Below are positions 1-9,620 of a stretch of 64,000 bases of DNA, in pieces. Under the pieces are notes generated by a model. The model made no database searches. It saw only the letters and a list, made by a program, of their open reading frames with translations, and was not told the origin of the DNA. Source of the DNA: Acidobacteriota bacterium (GTDB lineage Bacteria; Acidobacteriota; UBA890; WLXD01); the NCBI GenBank assembly GCA_965205505.1, contig CBDBHB010000009.1, forward strand, positions 2,880,001 through 2,944,000, read 5' to 3'. How positions within the stretch are numbered: position 1 is the stretch's first letter; the number at the start of each line of letters is the position of its first letter. Position numbers and translations under genes: made by a program.

Positions 1-38
1 CGTCTTTCTGGCCGTTCTGCTCCCGGATCCACCGCCCG

Positions 39-1127
39 ATGAGGAATGCAAGCGAGGTACGTTCCTACTTCCTGGGCAACTGGCGAGAGGTCGTCCCCGA
101 AATTCTGGTAACCGGCGTGCGCGTCGGGACCGCGCCCGACGACCAAAGCATGATCGAGGTGGAGCTTCTCGGTCAGGCCGGTGCGATCCGCAGACTTCTG
201 TACCTCCCGCTGGCCTCGGGCGAGCCTCGTCAGCTGCGCGGATTGTTGCCCCGACTGCGTCGAATCGCCGCCAAGCCGGGCACCGGGGCCGGGCTCATCG
301 TGCCGCATATGGGGGCGGCCGGCGCGCGTCTGTGTCGAGAAGCGGGCATCGGGTATCTCGATTGCTCCGGTAACGCGTATTTGCGGTTCAACAACGTCTT
401 CGTACAGATCATTGGCAACCGGAATCGCTTCACGCAGCGTAAGCAGATCCGCACGTTGTTTCACGACAAGGCCACGATCCCGCTCCGCATCATGATGCAG
501 CGGCCGGGTGATTGGCTCACCACACGCGAGATTGCTGAACATGGTGATCTGAGCCTCGGCTGGGTTTCGCAGATCCTCCAGCAGATGGCCGCGGATGGCT
601 ACATCGAGCGCCAGCGTGGTGGCGGCTCGAGGCTAGTACGGCCGCAGCGGTTGCTGACCGACTGGCTCGCCGAGTACGCCTTCGAGACGAACGAGGTGTT
701 TCCCTACCAGTTGCGTGACAAGGATCCCGAGGCTGCGCTGCACCGTCTCCGGACGGTAGACGCAGACCTGTCGGATCGCTACGCCCTGACGCTCGAGTCG
801 GCCGTACATGCCCTGCAGTTGAAGCCACACCAGCGGCGACTGCCCTTCGAACTACACGTGTACGTTCCCGATCTCAACGAAGACCTGGAGAAGACGCTGG
901 ACTCCTGGCGTCGGGTGCTGGGTCTTCGCCCGGCCGGTCATGGTGCCAACTGTTTTCTCGTAAAGCCGGCGTATCGGCATGCCGTGTTCTTCGACACACA
1001 GGCAAGCCAGGGTCTGCGGACCGTCTCGGATCTTCAGCTATACCTCGACCTGTATCATTCGCCAGGAGAGGGTCGCGTGCACGCCGATAACTCGGTGGCG
1101 TCGCGACTGCCCTTCGAGGTGGGCTGA
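39..1127 (+). CDS. AbiEi-like (type IV TA antitoxin / DUF2186-like) winged-helix protein
   Basis: Central wHTH (TTREIAEHGDLSLGWVSQILQQMAADGYIER), following 'LLTDW' motif and C-terminal 'VSDLQLYLDL...GEG' typical of AbiEi_2-like proteins. Confidence 0.6.
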   Translation: MRNASEVRSYFLGNWREVVPEILVTGVRVGTAPDDQSMIEVELLGQAGAIRRLLYLPLASGEPRQLRGLLPRLRRIAAKPGTGAGLIVPHMGAAGARLCREAGIGYLDCSGNAYLRFNNVFVQIIGNRNRFTQRKQIRTLFHDKATIPLRIMMQRPGDWLTTREIAEHGDLSLGWVSQILQQMAADGYIERQRGGGSRLVRPQRLLTDWLAEYAFETNEVFPYQLRDKDPEAALHRLRTVDADLSDRYALTLESAVHALQLKPHQRRLPFELHVYVPDLNEDLEKTLDSWRRVLGLRPAGHGANCFLVKPAYRHAVFFDTQASQGLRTVSDLQLYLDLYHSPGEGRVHADNSVASRLPFEVG

Positions 1128-1159
1128 GGCCTTTCTGGTGTCACGAACGGCACCTTGAC

Positions 1160-1362
1160 CACGACCTGCTGGGGCATCGTCGACGAGGCGCAACGCCGAT
1201 ATCGCCCGCAACTGCCCGTCTGTCCGCAGGATGGCGGCGAAATCGGCCCGTCTGCGGCGTTGCTCCTCCTCTAAGATGGGCAAACATCGTCTCGTCGTCG
1301 CGCCTGGCATCCGGACCCATTTCGCCACCACGATATGCAACGATCATCTGTTACAGGCCACT
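1160..1362 (-). repeat. Truncated copy of the composite inverted-repeat element at 58806-59357 (family A terminus, plus the junction with the nested family B element)
   Basis: Near-identical reverse complement of about 58808-59010; ends in ...GCAACGATCATCTGTTACAGGCCACT. Confidence 0.9.
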
Positions 1363-1375
1363 TCTATGAGAAGGC

Positions 1376-1622
1376 GTAGTTCGGTCAAGGGCAATGTGGT
1401 GCCCAGCGAAGAATCGATCTGCACGCCATGCTCCTATTCGCACTCTGGTGGACGAGGATTCAGGTCGTCCGGTGCATTCTGGGGTCCGTCCCGATTCGAG
1501 GCGCTGCAATCTAGCTGCCGAGCTCGAAGCTCGTAGTGACCTTCGCAGTCGCCCGGACCGGGCGGTCAGATCGATAACCGTTGGGTCGCGTCGCCCTACC
1601 GACCTCCTGGTTGCGGGTTAGT
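1376..1622 (-). ncRNA. Putative bridge RNA / seekRNA of the IS1111-type element
   Basis: Non-coding region downstream of the recombinase with a stem / internal loop / hairpin; loop segments GGUCACUA and GCAGCUAG match both strands of the insertion target. Confidence 0.65.
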
Positions 1623-2668
1623 TCATGCTGCTGAAACCTCTACAGGTGCGCGCAACGGTTCGTACTCGTCTCCACTCAGCCACAGTCGGTGCAGCACAAC
1701 GGCGAGCTTACGGGCGACAGCAACTGCTGCCTTTTTGTTGCCATGAGGACCACCGCGTCCGGCCAGCTTGAGCCCCCAGCGTCTGAGCTCAGTATCGGGC
1801 CCGAAGGGGCCCAGGATGTAATGCGCCGAGCCCACCAACAGGCGTCGGAGCATTTTGTCGCCCGCCTTGGTTATTCGTAGCGCAGGGTCCTTGTCCCCCG
1901 ACTGCCGTTTCTTCGGTCTCAGTCCCAGGTACGGGCCCACGGCTCTGGAGGTATTGAACCGCTCCGGCTCCTCGAGCGTCAGCACATACGCCAGTGCGGT
2001 CAGAGCTCCGACCCCGGCCACTTGCTGGAGCTGCTGTGTCTCCGGGTATCGCCCCTGGCACAGCTGCACGATCTGACGCTCGTATTGCTGGATGTTGCCC
2101 GTCAGCATGGCGATCGTTTCAAGCACCGGCTCGAGCGCTCCCTTGAGCCGCTCCGGTATGTGCTCTGGCGCGGTGCGCGCGAACGCCGGCGTCGAGCACC
2201 TGGGAATACGACAACCGGCCGACTTGACCGCACCACGCACATGGCTCACCAACTGCGTGGGCTCTTTACCAGAGCATCTCGGCTCCGAATCACGGCTAGA
2301 TCCGCTCGCGCTTGTCTGCCTCGATGCTGCACCGTCTTAAGCAGCTTTGGGTCCATTCTGCCCACTCGTGCCAGGTGCTCGGCATCCAACCGGTCGGTCT
2401 TGTCGTGCTCGCCATAGATCAGCTTCAGCCGCCTCGGGTTAGCCACCAGCACCTCATGACCCAGTTGCTTCAACTGCTCACTCATCCACGGCGAGTGCGT
2501 TCCAACCTCCAGCACTACTCGAGCGGGCTCCTCGCACCCGAACCGCCTCGCCAGCCCCTCCGGGCTCGTCCTCACCCGCCCTTCCTCCATCACCCTGCCC
2601 TTACTGTCGAGCACGCACATACGGCTGTACCGGTCGCTTACGTCCAGTCCAATCGTTACACTCCTCAT
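1623..2668 (-). pseudogene. IS110 recombinase (DEDD_Tnp_IS110 + Transposase_20), frameshifted near 2260
   Basis: GLDVS, VVLEVG and KTDRLDA (DEDD) in the 2246-2668 frame; 'YLGLRPKKRQSG...ITKAG...AVAVARKL' in the 1623-2252 frame; a single-base shift joins them. Confidence 0.9.
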
Positions 2669-2767
2669 CGGCCAACCTCCTTGGGCTTCGAGCCCGTTAC
2701 GTTTGAAGAAACGTTTGCAGAGCCGTCAGGCTACTGCGTTCAGGAGGTTGGCCTTCTCATCTCATCT

Positions 2768-3914
2768 AGAAGGCGTCCCCAGCGCTGATCCCATGCTCCC
2801 CATTCGTGTGCCGAACAACGAGGGGCTGAAATGCGGTGTGGGGCCTGCATACCATGTCGGCGATTGGCTCAGCATCCCTTCGAACATCTTCGCCCAGTGG
2901 TCGGCGACGCCGAAAGCCATCGCGTACGGAAGGTAGCGCTCGAAGGCGGTCTCGGAAATGCTGAGGGCCTTGAAGCGGTTGGCCTCGGTACGGCCGAGGA
3001 ATTCCTCGAAGCCCTTCAGTGCAACGAAGGTCTCACGCCCCTTCACGGTTCGGGCCGGCATGAACGGCGCGAATACGCCAATGGCCAGCGCCACAAACGG
3101 GGCGGCGAAGGCCATCGCCGGCTTCTGCAGGGAGACGGCGAGCAGGATCATCGGCAACAGCGACACAACCGCTATGGCAATCCAGGTCGTGCGTGCGCGA
3201 TCAGGTCGCGAACGAAACAGACCACGCTTGGTCATGCTCCCGTAAAGCTCGTTCTTGATGCCGCTAATGCGGGTGTAGAAAGGCCCTCGAGCACCGACTT
3301 CTCGTAGGAACGTAGCGCCTCGTCGGGCAGCTTCAACCGCTGGAAGGTGGTCTTCGTGGTATCGCCGAGGTCCATGGCGGTTGGCGGAGGCCTTCAGGAA
3401 GGCTGATCTGCGCCGTTGCCGACAGAATCGGCACCGTCCAACCCATGCCGGTCACATTCCAATAGAGCTGGTCGTGTGACTCGAAGCCCTCTTCCGTGTC
3501 CGGAAATCGCAGCGCCCGACCAACGCGGTAGCGCAGGACGACGGTTCGAGACGCGTTGTTGGCGTCTGGAACCCAAACTTTGAAGCGAAAGTCGTCGCCC
3601 TCGACGCCGGCCTCGTGGCGTAGGGCGGCCCCGGTCGCCGCGGTGACCGACACAGGCTCCAAGCGGAGCCCGTAGTCAAGTCCCCACGGGGTCTCGTACT
3701 TGATCGGAATGTCTCGATAAATACCGTTGAACGAACCCTCGAAATGAAACGTGAGGCGCTCGGTGACATCGATCTCGCCGCTCTCCAGCACGCGGATGTC
3801 GGCTTCGAAAGACTCGACCCAGTATTGTCGCCCCTGAGCCTCCACGGCGCCCGGTGCGATGTACGAGACAAGCACCATGAGGACTACCGCTGAGGCCGCG
3901 CTCCGCCTACTCAT
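2768..3914 (-). pseudogene. DUF2207-family membrane protein (LemA-associated), fragmented and truncated
   Basis: N-terminal 'VTERLTFHFEGSFNGIYRDIP...LYWNVTG.GW.VPI' and C-terminal 'FERYLPYAMAFGVADHWAKMFE'; split into frames and the Gly-rich tail is missing at the IS junction. Confidence 0.8.
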
Positions 3915-4476
3915 CCAGATCCACCCGTACCGCCTGCCGCTCTCGAGGGCTGTCCACTTCGAAAAACTCGCGTGCTGCGAACCCCATGGGCGAAGCCACT
4001 AGCATTGCCGGAAAGCTCGCGATCGCGGTGTTGTGGTCACGAATCACGGCGTTGTAATAGCGTCGCGCCGACTGCAGGTCGTCCTCGATCTCCGAGAGCT
4101 GTCGCTGCAGCGTTCCATACCGTTCGCTGGCCCGGATCTCTGGATAGGCCTCGGCGAGCGCGAACAGGCCACGTAGGGCCCCCACGAGGCCGTTCTCGAT
4201 CTGTGATGCATCAGCGTCAGGAAGGCGTCGTCCCTCGACATGCTGCTGGGCCTCCGTACGCATTCGAGTGACCGCCTCGAGGGTGCCCTTCTCGTGCGCC
4301 GCGTAACCCTTCACGACTTCGACCAGTGAAGGTACGACATCGTGGCGACGTTTGAGCTGGGCGTCGATATCGCCCCAGGCGCCCTCGGCACGTTTCTGCA
4401 GTCCGACGAGGCGGTTGTATAGAATTACCGGCCCGGCTACCAGCAAGGCTACGAGGAGGCCGAACGCCCACAGCAC
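3907..4476 (-). CDS. lemA: LemA family protein
   Basis: 'AWGDIDAQLKRRHD', 'VKGYAAHE', 'AEAYP', 'ARRYYN' motifs. Confidence 0.93.
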   Translation of the reverse strand: MLWAFGLLVALLVAGPVILYNRLVGLQKRAEGAWGDIDAQLKRRHDVVPSLVEVVKGYAAHEKGTLEAVTRMRTEAQQHVEGRRLPDADASQIENGLVGALRGLFALAEAYPEIRASERYGTLQRQLSEIEDDLQSARRYYNAVIRDHNTAIASFPAMLVASPMGFAAREFFEVDSPRERQAVRVDLDE

Positions 4477-4540
4477 GACTCAGTCCCCTCCGGGTTGCTC
4501 GGCCCAGGCGTGGGATTGGCGCATCGCGAGGGTCCAGTGC

Positions 4541-5944
4541 TCAGCCCATGCCCTCGGTCAGCGTCTCGAGGAAGTCACGATTGCTCTCGGTTTGCCGCAG
4601 ACGCTTGAGCAGCAGCTCCATGGCTTCGTCTGCCGGCACCGCCGCCAGCGCTTTGCGTAGCATCCAGATGCGCTGCAGGTCGACGGAGTCCAGTAGTAGC
4701 TCTTCCTTGCGAGTGCCTGACTTGTTGAGCTCGATGGCCGGAAAGATGCGTTTGTCGGCGAGCTTGCGGTCCAACACGATCTCGCAGTTACCGGTGCCTT
4801 TGAACTCCTCGAAGATCACTTCATCCATGCGGCTGCCGGTCTCGATCAGCGCGGTCGCGACGATGGTCAACGAGCCCCCCTCCTCGACTGCGCGCGCCGA
4901 GCCGAAGAACTTTTTCGGTTTCTCCAAAGCGTTGGCGTCGACGCCACCGGTCAGCACACGGCCCGACGACGGGGTGACCGTGTTGTGGGCGCGGGCCAGC
5001 CGTGTGAGCGAGTCCAGGAGGATCACCACGTCGTGTCCGCTCTCCACCATTCGGCGAGCCTTTTCGAGCACAATCTCGCCAACCGCCGTATGACGACTGG
5101 CAGGCTCGTCGAACGTCGAGTACACGACCTCGCCGCGTACCGACCGGCGCATATCGGTGACCTCTTCGGGTCGCTCGTCGAGCAGCAAGACGATGAGCTT
5201 TACGTCGGGGTGATTATGGGCGAGCGCCTGGGCGATGGCCTGCAGCAGAATTGTCTTGCCCGCGCGCGGCGGCGAGACGATCAGCGCCCGCTGCCCGAAT
5301 CCCAACGGACTCAGCAGGTCGATGACGCGGCCGATGAGGTCATCGCCAGGTATCTCGACCTTGATTTGGCGCTCCGGATGATAGGGCGTCAGGCTCTTGA
5401 ACAGAGCGCGCTCGAGCGCTTTGTTCGGGGTGTCGTAGTTGATGGAATCGATCTGCACCAGCGCGAAGTACTTCTCACCTTGCTTGGGTGGCCTGATGCT
5501 GCCGGCGAGCGTATCCCCGGTAAGCAGATTGAAGCGCCGGATCTGGGTAGGGGAGACGTAGACGTCCTCAGGCCCGGGCAAGTACGAGTGTTCCGCGGAA
5601 CGGATGAACCCGTAGCCGTCGGGCAGGCGCTCAAGCACGCCTTGCTTGTAAACCAGGCCGTTCTCTTTCGCTTGGGCGCGCAGGCAGGCGTCGATCAGCA
5701 CCTCGGCCTCGAGCTCGGTGGGGTTCTCCACCTTGAGCTCGCGGGCAATCTCCAGAAGCGCCGCCGGGCGCGCCTCCATCAGATCGTCGACGCTATGCGC
5801 GTCCTGCAGCAGCAGCGCCGTGTCCTCGTCGCGCGGCGGGGTGAAATTCTGTGGTTGGTTTGGTTGGTCGCGACGCCTTCCACGTCCACCGCGGGAGCGC
5901 CGCCGACCGCGCCGCCGGCGCTGCCGTTGTTGCTGGTCTGTCAT
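4541..5944 (-). CDS. rho: Transcription termination factor Rho
   Basis: 'DGYGFIRS', P-loop SPPRAGKT, 'DERPEEVT', 'FEEFKGTGN'. Confidence 0.98.
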   Translation of the reverse strand: MTDQQQRQRRRRGRRRSRGGRGRRRDQPNQPQNFTPPRDEDTALLLQDAHSVDDLMEARPAALLEIARELKVENPTELEAEVLIDACLRAQAKENGLVYKQGVLERLPDGYGFIRSAEHSYLPGPEDVYVSPTQIRRFNLLTGDTLAGSIRPPKQGEKYFALVQIDSINYDTPNKALERALFKSLTPYHPERQIKVEIPGDDLIGRVIDLLSPLGFGQRALIVSPPRAGKTILLQAIAQALAHNHPDVKLIVLLLDERPEEVTDMRRSVRGEVVYSTFDEPASRHTAVGEIVLEKARRMVESGHDVVILLDSLTRLARAHNTVTPSSGRVLTGGVDANALEKPKKFFGSARAVEEGGSLTIVATALIETGSRMDEVIFEEFKGTGNCEIVLDRKLADKRIFPAIELNKSGTRKEELLLDSVDLQRIWMLRKALAAVPADEAMELLLKRLRQTESNRDFLETLTEGMG

Positions 5945-6110
5945 GGAGTGAAGCCCCAGTTGGGAGAAAGTCGAGTCGCGCTCCTCTCGTGATTCGCGGA
6001 AAGCTCAGCGACCCGATCGCGCTCGGACACACTCGATCCGGGCGAGCAGTGACTCGGGGGGGCCGGCGCCGACCGTGTTGAGAAAACTGGGCGCCTGGCC
6101 GATTGAGGTC

Positions 6111-6140
6111 ATTGTGTTCGCCACCATATGGGACTGTCAA
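6111..6140 (-). promoter_or_regulatory. Putative sigma70 promoter for rho
   Basis: TTGACA-N18-CACAAT on the minus strand, about 165 nt upstream of rho. Confidence 0.45.
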
Positions 6141-6208
6141 GACCCATTGTTCGGAGGTCAGGTACGGCCAGCCGCCGTCGACGCGCCAAGACGACCAGTC
6201 TCAGGACA

Positions 6209-6640
6209 CTAGCGCGACTCTTCCTCAGCGAAGGCTTTCAGAACGAAAGCGGCGACGTCGAAGATCTCGTCCTCGGTGAGCAACTCCTCGAATGGCTCCA
6301 TGTCGGTGTCGGGGACACCCTTCGCGGTTGCCGCAATCATCTCTTCGAGGGTGGTCGATTCCATTTGGGTCCAGACGCCAGCGGTGAGGTCGCGCGGTGG
6401 TGTCGCTAGGAACCGGGCCGCCGGGCCGTTGCCCTTACCGTCGTCACCGTGGCACGGCTGGCACTGGTCGGCGTAGAGCTCTTGTCCGCGCTCGAGCACC
6501 TGGGCGTCGATCTGTTGGTAGGCGACACGCAGCGGTGGCGCCGGATTGCCGGTGGTGCCGAGTAGCAGTGTGGAAGCCGCGAGCAAGATGAAACCTCCGA
6601 CATCGATCCATGTCCTTCGAACTGTGCGTAACCGCATCAC
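6209..6640 (-). CDS. Monoheme cytochrome c
   Basis: Hydrophobic N-terminus, CQPCH heme motif, 'GKGNGP...PPRDLT', distal Met in 'TDMEPF'. Confidence 0.85.
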   Translation of the reverse strand: MMRLRTVRRTWIDVGGFILLAASTLLLGTTGNPAPPLRVAYQQIDAQVLERGQELYADQCQPCHGDDGKGNGPAARFLATPPRDLTAGVWTQMESTTLEEMIAATAKGVPDTDMEPFEELLTEDEIFDVAAFVLKAFAEEESR

Positions 6641-8106
6641 TCCTGCCCCTTGTCGAGATTGATATTGCCATTATGCCAGCCGCCCGAGCGCGCTCGCACC
6701 TCGACGGCGATGGCGGCAGCGAGGCCCACATAGGCGGCGTCGAGCTCGTCGTGCTGGCTCGTAGTCAGGTCCCGCCATCCGATGTGCGGGTAGCCGGACC
6801 CCGGTTGCAAGAAGGCCGCGAAGGGCTCGATGGTGCGATGCTCGGCACGCGTGGTCAGCTTCCAGAGTGTGAAGCCGCGTAGTGTCTGGAAGCCGCCTTC
6901 GCGTACCACGTCCGCGAGCGCCTGCAACGCTGCCACGCGCTCGCCAGCGTCTACGGGCTGCGACTCCCAATAGACGCAGGTCCGCTGATCGTCTGTACCT
7001 GCGGTTTCGAGCACCTCGACGCGATCGTAGGAGTACGGGCGTACGGTACTGCCGAGACGGCGGGTCCACCCCAACTCGATCAAGACCACGGGTCGGGAGT
7101 CGCCAAGAAGGGTCAGGTCGGCCGCGATGCGGCGCCAGGCACTCGTCATACGGTCGACGCGTGCCGCAGCCTCGAGGCCATAGACGCTCAGCGGGAAGTA
7201 GGCATTGACGGCCACGAAGTCGAGAGCGTCCCAGAATCCGACCTCCTCGAACTGATCGAAGTTGGCGCCGTAGCTCACCAAGCCGTCGTAGCGCCGGCGC
7301 ACGTGGGTCACGAGATCGCGCCAGAAGGCCTCGTAGCGCGCTCGGCGGGCGTTCAGAGGCTCGAGCCCCACGCCGGAGCCCCCGAGCGTCTGCAGCGTCC
7401 AGGCGCGGCGTACACGCTCCTCGTCGCGGAGAACGGTCTCGAGATCGCCAGCCCCTCCCTCGAGATGCGCCAACGTGCCCGCCTCATCACGCGCTGCGCA
7501 GCGAAGAAGCTCGTTGCGTACGGCCCCCACGCTGACCGGGTCGAGAAAGTACGCGTATAGCTGGGGGAGGGCCTCGAGCGGCGTCGTGGACGACAGCGAG
7601 CTGAGCTCATTGCCGATAACGAACAGGTCGACATTCTCTCGCGCGGCGAGGTCGGCTCCCCAGAGCACGAACTCGGAGTAGCCTTCAAACCAAGCCTGTA
7701 GCTGATCGTCGCGTGGCCAGATCATCCCGTGCCACAGATGGCGATTGGCTGCGAGACCGTGTTCGAGGGCGACACGCATCACCAGCATGACCCGCAACCC
7801 GGCGCGCTTCGCGGCGCGGATTTCGGAGACCACCCAGGGGGCCTCACGATCCCAGTAGAGCGCCGCCTCGTCCCAACGCTGGTGTCGGGCGTAGAGGGTG
7901 ACCTGGACAGAGTCGAGGCCGGCGTCGGCGAGCGCTGCCGCCCAGCGGTCGTGGTCGGGCTCGTTGACCTGGATGCCGCCGAAGAACGTCGGTGGCGCTT
8001 CCTGGGCCATCAGGGGAACCGTGAACACCAGCGTCGTGGCGGCCATGAGGGTGGTGATGCGGGATGGCCAGGAACGGTAGGCCGCCTCGAATCTGTTAGT
8101 TTCCAT
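6637..8106 (-). CDS. Putative GH113-like (clan A TIM-barrel) glycoside hydrolase; start uncertain
   Basis: 'WFEGY', 'IGNEL' acid/base, 'YGANFD...VGFWDALDFVAVNAYFPL', 'IELGW' nucleophile. Confidence 0.65.
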   Translation of the reverse strand: METNRFEAAYRSWPSRITTLMAATTLVFTVPLMAQEAPPTFFGGIQVNEPDHDRWAAALADAGLDSVQVTLYARHQRWDEAALYWDREAPWVVSEIRAAKRAGLRVMLVMRVALEHGLAANRHLWHGMIWPRDDQLQAWFEGYSEFVLWGADLAARENVDLFVIGNELSSLSSTTPLEALPQLYAYFLDPVSVGAVRNELLRCAARDEAGTLAHLEGGAGDLETVLRDEERVRRAWTLQTLGGSGVGLEPLNARRARYEAFWRDLVTHVRRRYDGLVSYGANFDQFEEVGFWDALDFVAVNAYFPLSVYGLEAAARVDRMTSAWRRIAADLTLLGDSRPVVLIELGWTRRLGSTVRPYSYDRVEVLETAGTDDQRTCVYWESQPVDAGERVAALQALADVVREGGFQTLRGFTLWKLTTRAEHRTIEPFAAFLQPGSGYPHIGWRDLTTSQHDELDAAYVGLAAAIAVEVRARSGGWHNGNINLDKGQE

Positions 8107-8229
8107 AAGGTTCCTTATCATAAAACCAAAGAAGAGAGCAGGCAGCCGAAGAAGGCGCCACTTTGGCGATTGGCCAGGACAATGCAATGGTGGTCAAAGC
8201 GGGCGGCCGAAAGGAAGGCGTGCTGCTCC

Positions 8230-9330
8230 CTACCTTCCTCGCCCAGATTCTCGCCCCGAGTGACGCGATGGACGACGTAGGCGGGCTGCGCCGGAACAAG
8301 TTCGCACGCGTAGCAGCGTGCCGGGGATGACGGTTTGGCTCCACAGCCCGTTGTCGCGCACGAGGCGCCACGGGCTGGAGTCCTGATCCTCGGCAATCTC
8401 GGCCAAGGTCTCGTTCGGTTTGACCTCGTATACCTTGTGATCGCTTTCCCAGCTGAGCGGGATCCTGAGCAACGTTCCGACGGCAAGCGTTTGCAGGTGC
8501 CAGAGCGAATTCTCCGCCCGCAGCTCGTCGAGGTCGATGTCGAGCGTGAAGGCGATGTTGAAGTAGTTGTCGCCGAGCCGTGAGCGATACTCCAGGAAAG
8601 TGCCGTCGACCCGGTAGAGGTTGTTGCGAGGTGCCTGTGGGTAGGCGATCAGCTGCCCTTCGCGCGGCCTTCGCCGCGCCAGGTACGGGTTGTGCAAACG
8701 CAACTGCAGAAGGGTGAGACCGAGCCGCTCCGAGAGCGCCCACCAGTCCTCCCCTTCTGCCACCGTAGTGAGCCTCAATGCCGAGGCATGTCGTCGAATG
8801 GAGCGCTCGTGGAGCTTCAACATGGTGCGGTAGTAACCCACGCCGAGCACGTACTGCAGCGACTCGAGTCGCATCGGTCGACTGCGACCGACCGTGGTCG
8901 GACCGCCGTTGTAGGCCGCCAGCGCGTAGTCCTCGCGGTCGAACCGCTCCACCATCTGGCCGATGTACTTGATGCCGGCCTCGATGTTGGTCTCCACGCG
9001 AAGCGAACGGAAGGTCGCGGGCATCACCTGGAAATAGCCCTTGGCGCCCGCCCAGGAGGTCAGGTTGGCGTTACCGCCCGACTCGTACATGCAGGTTGCG
9101 CGGGCTAGCTCGTAGTCCACCCCGTAGCGGTCGGTGTGCTGCTTGATCACATCCTCGATCTCCATCATCTTGCGGTAGATACCGAGGAGGGACGGTGAGA
9201 AGTCGTCAAGCGGTAGCAGGTCCTCGAAACGGCTGCCGCCCTCCTGCACGAGGGCGGGCTGCGCAGTGACATTTCCGGCGACTCCCAGGGTAAGCGCGAA
9301 GCCGGCCACACCCGAGCTATTGTCCGTGCT
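8230..9330 (-). pseudogene. Lytic transglycosylase (SLT) with LysM repeats; C-terminus frameshifted or truncated, start uncertain
   Basis: 'YESGGN...GAKGYFQVMPAT...NIEAG...ALAAYNGG' and LysM repeats; a further LysM start (YVVHRVTRGENLG) lies in another frame. Confidence 0.65.
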
Positions 9331-9620
9331 GACACGTCTTGAACCTCTCGCTCGCAGGAAGAACTCGCTGTTACATATGCCATTGAAGCAACTCCGGCGT
9401 GGGAGAAGCAATCCCCCCCGCGCTCTCCGCCTGAACTCGCTTGCACTCGAGCACTAGTCGAACGGGCGTCGCCCTCAGAGTTGCGTGTCGTCGGCGCAAT
9501 CATATAATTGGTGCCGCGATTTGCAACGCAGCGCTCACCGCTTGCATCGGCTGGGTTCACTTGCCTTCACCTCAACGCCAGAACCTGAAATTGCGCCTGA
9601 CGATCGAAGCGTTCAAATAC

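Larger units (their letters stand above)
1363..2767 (-). mobile_element. IS110-family insertion sequence, IS1111 type
   Basis: Subterminal IRs ATGAGAAGGC (1366-1375) and GCCTTCTCAT (2751-2760), 3 and 7 nt from the ends; CT at both junctions; DEDD/Tnp recombinase; about 260 nt non-coding right end. Confidence 0.88.
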
